64,000 bases of DNA, taken from the NCBI RefSeq assembly GCF_025800385.1, contig NZ_JAOXRS010000223.1, one strand, 5' to 3'. A program made the position numbers and the translations under genes. This DNA comes from Candidatus Albibeggiatoa sp. nov. NOAA. Lineage in GTDB: Bacteria; Pseudomonadota; Gammaproteobacteria; Beggiatoales; Beggiatoaceae. The notes beneath the pieces are model-generated. The model worked only from the letters and a program-made list of their open reading frames with translations, was not told the DNA's origin and ran no database searches. This document shows, piece after piece, positions 28,436 to 36,191 of this stretch (its first letter is position 1; each line of letters opens with the position of its first letter).

Positions 28436-29851
28436 TTAGTTTAAAATTTTAGGCATATAATCTTCAGCTTGAATGCAAATATCTGTATGCGTTGCAATAA
28501 ATGTCGCAATATCTGCCTGCCAACCACCTGTTTCATTACTGTGATGGCTAATACCTGCATAATTGTATTCAACTTTGATTTTCTCAGAATGCTGTGTCAC
28601 TGCTTCACGCGAATATTCTGATGCATAAAATTTAGGTGCATCAGGATTATTACTGAGCCAAATATGACAACGGCCTTGATGACTCCACTCTGCAATAATG
28701 AGATTTTTGATTCGAAATAACAGCACACAATGATTTGCCCGCACGTTTGAACCGACTAAATTTGCATAGGTTTCTTGTACAGTTTCATGTAATTCTGGAT
28801 TATTGTGTAAAAAGCTTTGTGCTGCACTGCCTAGTACCAGCCATGCTTCATCAATATACTCACGCTCATGATATGCCCACCAAAATGCGCGTCGATATTG
28901 CCAATGTTTATCTAAAATACACTGATCTAAAATCTCGATAAAAGTATCTAAAGTTGTTCCAATTAACCAGCGATACATGATCTTCATCAATGATTTATTA
29001 ATTCCATGCCATGATTGATGGTGAATACGTGGGTCTTGTAAATGCTTAATCAGAAAAGCTTGAACAGGTTGCTTTATTTCAGTGGGTGGATCAATATTTT
29101 GCCAAGGTGTGAGCAGAGCTTGAACCAGTTTGCGCTTTGTATCTGGGTAACGTAATTGTTGATTTTCTTCGCTCCAGTCTAATAAGTTGGCTAGAGTTCC
29201 AATATCATATTTTTTCTTTCTGATCGTTTGTTGCAGTGCATTTTGATATAAGGTTTTAACATAGTTGCTATTGATTAACTCACCTTTAAAACCTAATTGT
29301 ATCAAAGCCATAAGTGGTTTATTTTTTAAACAATATTCTGTCAGTAATTGTACACCCAATTCAGGCTCAAATAATCGGTATTTTTTATGTTGTTTTTTCC
29401 AATTTTGTAATTGCTTATTTTTTAAATTTTCTTTTAAAGCCTGTTCAATAAAATAACCGACTTTATCGATATTCGTTTTTTTAAAGCTAAACTCATAGAA
29501 ATAGACCCGAATCATACGTTTCAACAAAATCGGACTGTCTAATACATGTGGCCAAAATTCATTGAATAACTCGTCATATTGGGCTAAATGATCGGCTTTT
29601 TTTCCATACCATAATAACCACACAACTTGCCGCCATTCTTGCGTTGTGATTGTTGCCCAGTCATTTTGTTGCGCTGCCTGTAAAAATTTTTGTTGTAATT
29701 GTTTTAAATCTCGGGCTTGAGGTTGACCTGTGGTTTTGGCTTGTTTGGCGAGGCGATTAGCGGTTGTAACCAATTTAGGTTTGGTTGCTGAGAATGTGAA
29801 AGGGGTTTGATTCAGCTTCTTCAGTGTTTGGCGGATGGAATAAACAGGCAT
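28436..29851 (-). CDS. EH-signature domain protein (ZorC-like), no canonical Zorya partners
   Basis: 471-aa soluble protein. The C-terminal third reads WQYRRAFWWAYHEREYIDEAWLVLG...HCVLLFRIKNLIIAEWSHQGRCHIWLS...PKFYASEY...GISHHSNETGGWQADIATFI. By my recollection this matches the RxxFW...AW / hhhhEfSHxG / H...W layout of the EH_Signature family. RBS aaggcgg. The gene starts 11 nt after the upstream ORF. Confidence 0.55.
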   Translation of the reverse strand: MPVYSIRQTLKKLNQTPFTFSATKPKLVTTANRLAKQAKTTGQPQARDLKQLQQKFLQAAQQNDWATITTQEWRQVVWLLWYGKKADHLAQYDELFNEFWPHVLDSPILLKRMIRVYFYEFSFKKTNIDKVGYFIEQALKENLKNKQLQNWKKQHKKYRLFEPELGVQLLTEYCLKNKPLMALIQLGFKGELINSNYVKTLYQNALQQTIRKKKYDIGTLANLLDWSEENQQLRYPDTKRKLVQALLTPWQNIDPPTEIKQPVQAFLIKHLQDPRIHHQSWHGINKSLMKIMYRWLIGTTLDTFIEILDQCILDKHWQYRRAFWWAYHEREYIDEAWLVLGSAAQSFLHNNPELHETVQETYANLVGSNVRANHCVLLFRIKNLIIAEWSHQGRCHIWLSNNPDAPKFYASEYSREAVTQHSEKIKVEYNYAGISHHSNETGGWQADIATFIATHTDICIQAEDYMPKILN

Positions 29852-29862
29852 GATGACCGCCT

Positions 29863-30366
29863 TTAAATCATAATTGAGCTGAGATAAGGGTGCGGTTCAG
29901 CTTCTTCCCACATTTGGGTAAATGTATTGCCCAGTGATTTGGCCAGCTGCGCATCACTAAAATGAAAATTGGTTTTTAGGCTATCAGGATAAGGCTTATG
30001 GATAACACCGATATTATCCGCAATCAAAAAAGTATCAGCATAGGATTTAAACCGTTCTGGCAGGCAGCGAAAACTAAAAAAGCTACTGAGTTTTTTACCC
30101 AAATCAATCAAGCAATGCCCTCGACTCGCTGCTAACTGGGGATCATGCAGAATCACGCGCACATGACAACGGTGATTTTGCAGCACAAAGCTCTCAAATG
30201 CCTCAAACATCTCATCATTATCATATGTCAAAGGGTCAAAGTCACGGGTTAAAATATCAATTTTTCTATCAGCTTGACACACAATTGTTGTTGTTAATTG
30301 TTGGATTTGTTCTACATCTGTTTCGGTTAAAGTGTGTTCTGTTTCACCTAAAATTAATTCATCCAT
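29863..30366 (-). CDS. Conserved hypothetical cytoplasmic protein (167 aa)
   Basis: Intact ORF with no TM segment or signal peptide. Pattern DILTRDFDP..YD...F.EAF..FVL.N..C.VRVILHDP..A...GH.LIDLGKKL.S...FR......K...DTFLIAD..G resembles a widespread gammaproteobacterial hypothetical family with a PLD-like repeat feel but no HKD motif. Almost contiguous with the EH-signature gene. Confidence 0.5.
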   Translation of the reverse strand: MDELILGETEHTLTETDVEQIQQLTTTIVCQADRKIDILTRDFDPLTYDNDEMFEAFESFVLQNHRCHVRVILHDPQLAASRGHCLIDLGKKLSSFFSFRCLPERFKSYADTFLIADNIGVIHKPYPDSLKTNFHFSDAQLAKSLGNTFTQMWEEAEPHPYLSSIMI

Positions 30367-30427
30367 TTTACGTACTCTAATCTTCGTCTTCTGCTAGTCA
30401 AAATTGGATAAAGTATACCCTTTATAA

Positions 30428-30691
30428 TCAGGTCAGTTGTTTGTTAATTTGATTACTACCAAAATGCTCGATAAATAACTTTTTAGATTGCCTAAACAAA
30501 TGATTTTGTATCTCTGGGTTCAAGCCCTCAGCAATAAAAACATCTCTCAGAAAATCATCAGCTTCGCAAGCATCACTCAACTTGGAAAAAATTGTGGCAA
30601 TATCTTGCGGAAATAAACAAATACCAAGCTTAGAGCATAGTTTATCAAGAAATCGTCTCAACTCAGTTTCTATAGGCAATTGCTCTGTCAT
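30428..30691 (-). CDS. Hypothetical small acidic protein (87 aa)
   Basis: ORF sits between the membrane protein and the 167-aa ORF on the same strand, with a 26-nt gap upstream. I recognise no family. Confidence 0.45.
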   Translation of the reverse strand: MTEQLPIETELRRFLDKLCSKLGICLFPQDIATIFSKLSDACEADDFLRDVFIAEGLNPEIQNHLFRQSKKLFIEHFGSNQINKQLT

Positions 30692-30717
30692 GCGTATGGC
30701 TAACTCATTGGTACAGA

Positions 30718-32277
30718 CTAATCATCGATTAACTTTTCAGTTTCGGCAATCTTCTTTTTAATTTCATCCAGTTCTTGTTGCTTTTCTTCTAGTTGTTCAT
30801 GTAGTTTTTGTAAATATTTTTTTGGATTACGGCTTTGCTGCCAACGTTTTATCACATCAATCAAAATGAAAATACGAATCAAGCGATTCATTGTCGAACG
30901 AGCACGATACACATTCAGTAATTTTTGCCATTTGACTGAATAATTCACCACCATTTTCTGAATGAAGCCATATTTTGCTAAAAAGCCAAATTGGGTTAAA
31001 CGTAAGAAACGTGCAAAAGCTAACATAGGCAATAAGATAATTAACAATTCGACCCAATGTTGAATAATATATTTTTGCCATTTTTTAGTCAGCGAAATTT
31101 CAATCACAAACTCCGCCACAAATACAGCCCATACAACAGCATTACCAATATTCATGGCATGATGAAATAAAATATAATCTTTGAGATAATGGGCAAAAAA
31201 TAGCTCTGCTAGCCAAATCGGTGTCATAATAACTAAAACTAACATAATCCAAAATAAGAACTGTCTCTCAATTTTGTCAAACAATTCTTCTCGGACTAAC
31301 TCCCAATGACTGAAATACCAAATATACTGCTTTTTATGACAACGGCGAGCGGCTAAATGCAGTGGTGGAAATAAGGTAATAAAAAATGCGGCTACAAAAC
31401 TACGCCATGTTTTATTCGGACAGAGACTTAAGTATAAAAAACGTTCTATGGCAAACACAATCCACAAACCAAACAACACCCATTGCATTTCCTCCAGATA
31501 ATGAAGGCTGCGCATACCCTCGTCTGTTTGATAATATTGGATTAAAACTGCTGAAAGCCCTAAAAAAATGATTTTGAGCAAAAACATAAACCGAACAATA
31601 TAATTATCAATCCAGTTGTAATAAGCTTGTAGCCCAAATACATGAATTAAGCGATTAAGTGCGGCAAGAGGATATACAAAAATAAATAAGTCCAACCAAT
31701 GATTGACTAAATATCGTGATGATTTGGGCGATGTACCCAACATGATTGCCAGCTCTATTATCCATAACGTCATGACCAAACTCATGCTCAGCAATTGAAT
31801 GTGCATCAGCCATGATTGCTGCGCCACAGATGGCATCCAAATAGATAAAAGCTGAAGAGGTAATAAAACAATGAGCGCAATTAATAAAATCGGATATAAA
31901 AAACGCTGTTCTAATTGATCTAAATGATTGGCATCAGCAGGCTTCCAACCAAACACCCAAACCTGTTGTTGTTTCAGGTGGCCAAAACGAAGCGGGGGAA
32001 TAAGACTCGCCAGTGCATATTGATAGGTTTGCTGTCGCCATGAAAAGGATTCGGTTGAAAACACATAATCAAACCAACGCTCAAAAAATATCAAAAACCA
32101 GCACAATGGAAGCAACGTAAATAAAATCATGCTTAAATAGGGCAGCTGATCCGTATAATCATGAGCATCATAAACAGCATAGGTAAAGCTTAGAAAAGTA
32201 AAACTAAGCGTTACTAAAAACCAAAAGCTGGGAATAATTTGACGGTGGAATTGTTGAAGTTGCCCTATCCAATTCAT
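30718..32277 (-). CDS. Polytopic membrane protein: tandem duplication of a voltage-sensor-like (S1-S4-like) module plus C-terminal coiled coil
   Basis: The two halves align with a constant offset of about 210-214 aa (FFERWF/AIERFL; IPPLRF/FPPLHL; EQRFLYP/ERQFLFW; WIIELAIML/VAEFVIEI; NHWLDLFIF/QHWVELLII; YPLAALNRLIHVF/LPMLAFARFLRLT). The E...HWxDL...R..R pattern resembles S2-S3-S4 of Ion_trans voltage sensors. No pore loop is seen. The tail KKYLQKLHEQLEEKQQELDEIKKKIAETEKLIDD is coiled-coil. The ATG at 32277 is preferred. The track start at 32340 is a GTG. Confidence 0.6.
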   Translation of the reverse strand: MNWIGQLQQFHRQIIPSFWFLVTLSFTFLSFTYAVYDAHDYTDQLPYLSMILFTLLPLCWFLIFFERWFDYVFSTESFSWRQQTYQYALASLIPPLRFGHLKQQQVWVFGWKPADANHLDQLEQRFLYPILLIALIVLLPLQLLSIWMPSVAQQSWLMHIQLLSMSLVMTLWIIELAIMLGTSPKSSRYLVNHWLDLFIFVYPLAALNRLIHVFGLQAYYNWIDNYIVRFMFLLKIIFLGLSAVLIQYYQTDEGMRSLHYLEEMQWVLFGLWIVFAIERFLYLSLCPNKTWRSFVAAFFITLFPPLHLAARRCHKKQYIWYFSHWELVREELFDKIERQFLFWIMLVLVIMTPIWLAELFFAHYLKDYILFHHAMNIGNAVVWAVFVAEFVIEISLTKKWQKYIIQHWVELLIILLPMLAFARFLRLTQFGFLAKYGFIQKMVVNYSVKWQKLLNVYRARSTMNRLIRIFILIDVIKRWQQSRNPKKYLQKLHEQLEEKQQELDEIKKKIAETEKLIDD

Positions 32278-32389
32278 TAAGCTAACCTTTTGGATTCGTG
32301 CTGCGAGCGTTATGCTTATGATACATGTCACTTGCAACACATTAAACTAAAAATAAGACTAAATCATAAAAAATGTGGTTAGCTATGGG

Positions 32390-33514
32390 TTATATGTCGC
32401 CAAAACTTTCTGTTTCTAACGTAATACCCCATTTATTTGATAAACTTTCAATTAAACTAATATCTAGGCCTTGTGCTTTATTATACTTTGCTAAAAGGTC
32501 AACGATAGCTTCTTTATATGCATTGTTTGGGTCTATAATAATGCCATATTGTTGATAATTAATCACTTTAGGTAACAAACGAATATTTGCTTGACCATTG
32601 CCGTAATGATCGTCAAAGAAATTTTTCAACTGAACACTATTATGTACTAATGCGTCAATTTTAAACGTTTCTAACAATTCAAAACCCTGTTTTAAATTAT
32701 CCACTTCAATAAATTCTGTGTTAGGATCACGTTGTTTTAAATAGTGTTTTATGTGATTGGAATCTTTTATGACAGCAACGGTTTTGCCATCAACATCTTC
32801 TTGTTTATGAATTTGGTTGCCGCTCGCTGCTAAACTGAATGAAACGGTTAAAATACTCAACATTGCACCAAATAAAACCATACCTAAAATATGCCAAACA
32901 AGATCAAAAAATAAGGCTAGGCCCCGACTAGTGTCTACACCTTCCCATCCGATAATCAAGTTTACATTCCACCACGTAACTCCCGGTAAATCTCTGATAA
33001 AACTGCGGGTAAAACGCCGAAAATCCTGAGGCTGAAAGCGGTCAACAACCCAGCGAATGAAAGAGGATACAAGCAGAGCCAGTATGACAATCCATAGTAT
33101 TTTCCATGAAAGGCTAGATGTTAAATCGGATAAGACTTTTTTTACAATATGAGACGTTGTGTAATCTTTAACGGTTGCTGTTTGCAAACCAAGCTGTAAC
33201 ACATTAGAAGCAGGGAAATTAACCAGCCCGACATCAGCTTTATTGGTATTCACTGATAAGATAACTTGCTTCATATCTTGATTATACTGCCACTGAGAAC
33301 ATAAACGTAAGTCTTCTGCCATGTTCTGCCATAAATCAATATTAAACCCAGAAGGCTGGCGCGTATCTATCGTTTGCTTTTCATCATATTGGCTCCAAGG
33401 TACGCTATTTGTGATAGCAACTGTCATGCAGTTTTCATCCTGAGCTTGCACAGCAACAGGTAAAAAATAGGCACTGATAAAAATAAGAAATATGTAATAT
33501 TTGAGCTTTTCCAT
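32390..33514 (-). CDS. Prokaryotic ionotropic glutamate-receptor-like ligand-gated channel (SBP lobe S1 - M1 - pore loop - M3 - SBP lobe S2)
   Basis: Signal peptide, then SBP_bac_3-like lobe (TVAITNSVPWSQYD...GFNIDLWQNMAEDL...NKADVGL). Membrane core follows: WKILWIVILALLVSSFIRWVV, re-entrant-like VTWWNVNLIIGWEGVDTSRG, ALFFDLVWHILGMVLFGAMLSILTVSFSLAA. Then a second SBP lobe (GKTVAVIKDSN...IDALVHNS...YGIIIDPNN). There is no TVGYG potassium filter. Confidence 0.65.
   Translation of the reverse strand: MEKLKYYIFLIFISAYFLPVAVQAQDENCMTVAITNSVPWSQYDEKQTIDTRQPSGFNIDLWQNMAEDLRLCSQWQYNQDMKQVILSVNTNKADVGLVNFPASNVLQLGLQTATVKDYTTSHIVKKVLSDLTSSLSWKILWIVILALLVSSFIRWVVDRFQPQDFRRFTRSFIRDLPGVTWWNVNLIIGWEGVDTSRGLALFFDLVWHILGMVLFGAMLSILTVSFSLAASGNQIHKQEDVDGKTVAVIKDSNHIKHYLKQRDPNTEFIEVDNLKQGFELLETFKIDALVHNSVQLKNFFDDHYGNGQANIRLLPKVINYQQYGIIIDPNNAYKEAIVDLLAKYNKAQGLDISLIESLSNKWGITLETESFGDI
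32825..33109 (-). other. Membrane (channel) core inserted in the SBP fold of the 374-aa protein
   Basis: aa 136-230: two TM helices flanking a short hydrophobic W-rich loop. The end of the second helix (LSILTVSFSLAA) is positionally analogous to the iGluR SYTANLAAF gate region. Confidence 0.5.
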
Positions 33515-33913
33515 TCAGGGTTTAGCTATATTGTTTTTGGTAAATGTGGAAAGTGAGTCATCAACTGAACTGGCAGATTGTAGCTTAATTGTTAATCATT
33601 TATCAATATAACTTAGAATGAAAAGCCTGTATCAACAATAGATATAACATTAAGAATCTAACCCTATGAAAATAAAAAAAGTTACAAACTATTAATTTCC
33701 TACTTTTTGTTTAAATAATTAATGGCTGAAAAATTGCTTGAAATCACCATCAACACAACTAAATTACACTATAACAGCTTATAAAAACAAGTAAAAATAA
33801 TACCATATAAAACAATTTAAGTATTTTTAATAGTATTTAAATAAAGTCTTATTTCTCCTAACTACAAATACGTATATTTTGCTAACTTTCCTCTAATTAA
33901 GAAGGCTTCTGTT

Positions 33914-36184
33914 ATGAATTTGCGCTGGAAGTTACTAATCCCAACATTGTTGACCAGTATATTGTTGGTTGGGGGTATGATTTATATTAGCTTATTACAA
34001 TATAACTTATACCATAGACAAATTGAACAAAATCAAGTCGTACATAAAGCCACATTACAAGTTTATTTGCAGCAAATGGCGCAAGATACAAAACGGGTTA
34101 CTCATTTTTTAGTAGAAGATTGGCGTATGGCTGATGGCTTATTAACTGAAAACAGAGATAGTTTACTAGAACTCATTCAACCTTTTTATGGCGGTTTGTC
34201 ATTCGATTGGGTGACAGTGTATGACATAGAAGCAAAAGTGGTGGCCAGAGCTGACCAACCAACTTGGTATGAGTTTACAGATGCATTACAGGCTGAAGTT
34301 GTAGAGACCTTGGCATCATCAAAACCCCAAACCTTGCTTACTTTAGTGGATAATCAGCTATTACTGGTATCTTTAGAACGTTTGCATTTAGATATTCATG
34401 GGGCAGAAGCAGTGGTTGCTGTGGGTTATCTACTCGATCAAGCATGGCTACAACATTTTATAGATTCACAGTTACATATGTTCAACGTCAAGCTTGCATA
34501 CTCAACATGGCAGCTGTCTAACTTAGAAGATGTCACACAAGAAACATGGAGTGAGTCTTCTATTGCCCTAAATAATATTCACAGTGATTTTGAGCTAATA
34601 GGTAAAATCAATGAAGTCACCCAATATCCTATCGCGTTGTGGATACAAATTGGTTTAACCGTGTTGTTATTGGCCGCGATTAGCAGCATTGCGTTATATA
34701 TTTCACATCGTTTAATACGCAAAACGGTCTATAACCTTCAATGTGCACAGAAAGAAGCCGACCAAGCCAAACAAGCTGCTGAAGTGGCCAATCAAGCAAA
34801 AAGTACATTTCTTGCAAGCATGAGCCATGAATTACGCACCCCCCTCAATGGAATATTGGGCTATGCTCAAATTTTAAGTTTTGATTCGAGCTTAAATGAA
34901 GAACAATGTGAGGGCTTAGATATTATTCAAACCAGTGGTGAACATTTATTAACACTAATCAATGAGATACTGGACTTATCTAAAATTGAAGCAGGTAAAA
35001 TCGAACTTTTTTCAGCAGATGTACATTTAGAATATTTTATTAAAACAATTTCTGATATTTTTATATTACGAGCTAAAAATAAAGGCATACAGTTTAACTG
35101 TAAACTCGCTTCATCTCTTCCTGAGTTTATTCATGTTGATGAGCAACGTCTACGTCAAGTATTGATCAACTTATTGGGTAATGCAATTAAATTTACAGAT
35201 CAAGGTAGTGTGACATTAAAGATTAGCTATGAATATGGATATTTAAAATTCGATATTATCGATACAGGTCAGGGCATTTCAGAACAAGATCAAACAAAAG
35301 TATTCAGCCCTTTTCAACAAGTTGGTAACCAAACTAAAAAATCAGAAGGTACAGGCCTTGGCTTGGCAATTAGTCAAAAGATAGTTGCTATGATGAATGG
35401 TACATTAAGCTTATATAGTGAGCTAGGTAAAGGTAGTATATTTAGTGTTCAACTTCACTTACCGCCTGTGATTAATCCTGATAACGCAACGTTGGCTGAT
35501 GGCACAGATGCCATTCCAACTGGTTATAAAGTACTTAAACAGCTAGAAGCACAAGATAAATATCATATTCTCATAGTAGATGATACACCAGCTAATCGTA
35601 CTTTATTAAAAGGTTTTCTTGAGCCGCTAGGATTTATTGTTAAAGAAGCTGCCCATGGTCAAGAAGGTTTAGAGTTAATACAATCTTGGAAGCCTGATCT
35701 AATTTGCACTGATATTATTATGCCTGTCTTAGATGGGTTAGAATTAGCCTATCAAATAAAAAGCCTGTACCCTGGTTTGCCTATTATTGCGTTCTCTGCG
35801 AGTGCATTTAAAGTAGACCGTGACCGTGCTTTGGCTGCTGGGTGTGATGATTTTTTACCTAAGCCATTTTATTTTAAAGACTTACAACATATTTTAAGTA
35901 AACATTTAAACTTAGAATGGGAATTTAAACCCAACACACTAACAACAAAAAATGAAACAATTGAAACTGAGGGTTCAACTGTATTAACTGCGAGTCAGGC
36001 AAAACAGTTTTTCGATTTAGCACAACAGGGTGACACACTTAAAATACAGGAGTACGCTAATGAAATACTTATACAAAATCCTCAACTTAAAGCATTTATG
36101 CAACAAATTAAACAGCTTGCAGATTTATTTGAGCAAGACGAGATTATCGAATTGGTTGAACCGTACTTGGAGCAAACCGTTTAG
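33914..36184 (+). CDS. Hybrid sensor histidine kinase (periplasmic sensor - HisKA - HATPase_c - REC - conserved C-terminal extension)
   Basis: Two TM helices bracket a roughly 210-aa periplasmic region. H-box [16 protein letters not shown] boxes ([25 protein letters not shown]). Receiver domain [11 protein letters not shown]...[10 protein letters not shown]...KP. Confidence 0.9.
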   Translation: MNLRWKLLIPTLLTSILLVGGMIYISLLQYNLYHRQIEQNQVVHKATLQVYLQQMAQDTKRVTHFLVEDWRMADGLLTENRDSLLELIQPFYGGLSFDWVTVYDIEAKVVARADQPTWYEFTDALQAEVVETLASSKPQTLLTLVDNQLLLVSLERLHLDIHGAEAVVAVGYLLDQAWLQHFIDSQLHMFNVKLAYSTWQLSNLEDVTQETWSESSIALNNIHSDFELIGKINEVTQYPIALWIQIGLTVLLLAAISSIALYISHRLIRKTVYNLQCAQKEADQAKQAAEVANQAKSTFLASMSHELRTPLNGILGYAQILSFDSSLNEEQCEGLDIIQTSGEHLLTLINEILDLSKIEAGKIELFSADVHLEYFIKTISDIFILRAKNKGIQFNCKLASSLPEFIHVDEQRLRQVLINLLGNAIKFTDQGSVTLKISYEYGYLKFDIIDTGQGISEQDQTKVFSPFQQVGNQTKKSEGTGLGLAISQKIVAMMNGTLSLYSELGKGSIFSVQLHLPPVINPDNATLADGTDAIPTGYKVLKQLEAQDKYHILIVDDTPANRTLLKGFLEPLGFIVKEAAHGQEGLELIQSWKPDLICTDIIMPVLDGLELAYQIKSLYPGLPIIAFSASAFKVDRDRALAAGCDDFLPKPFYFKDLQHILSKHLNLEWEFKPNTLTTKNETIETEGSTVLTASQAKQFFDLAQQGDTLKIQEYANEILIQNPQLKAFMQQIKQLADLFEQDEIIELVEPYLEQTV

Positions 36185-36191
36185 TTTATTT

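Noticed and set aside
28436-33514. Calling this cluster a canonical Zorya (type I/II/III) defence system
   Set aside because: I see no MotA-like ZorA (3-TM plus very long tail), no MotB/OmpA-like ZorB, and no SNF2-helicase/nuclease ZorD or HNH ZorE. Only the EH-signature-like protein is shared. It is therefore reported as a hypothesis, not as Zorya.
36030-36191. ORF-track start at 36030 for the LivK-like SBP gene
   Set aside because: It would overlap the kinase gene by 155 nt and add a basic, non-signal-like 54-aa extension. The hydrophobic signal core begins only near 36192.
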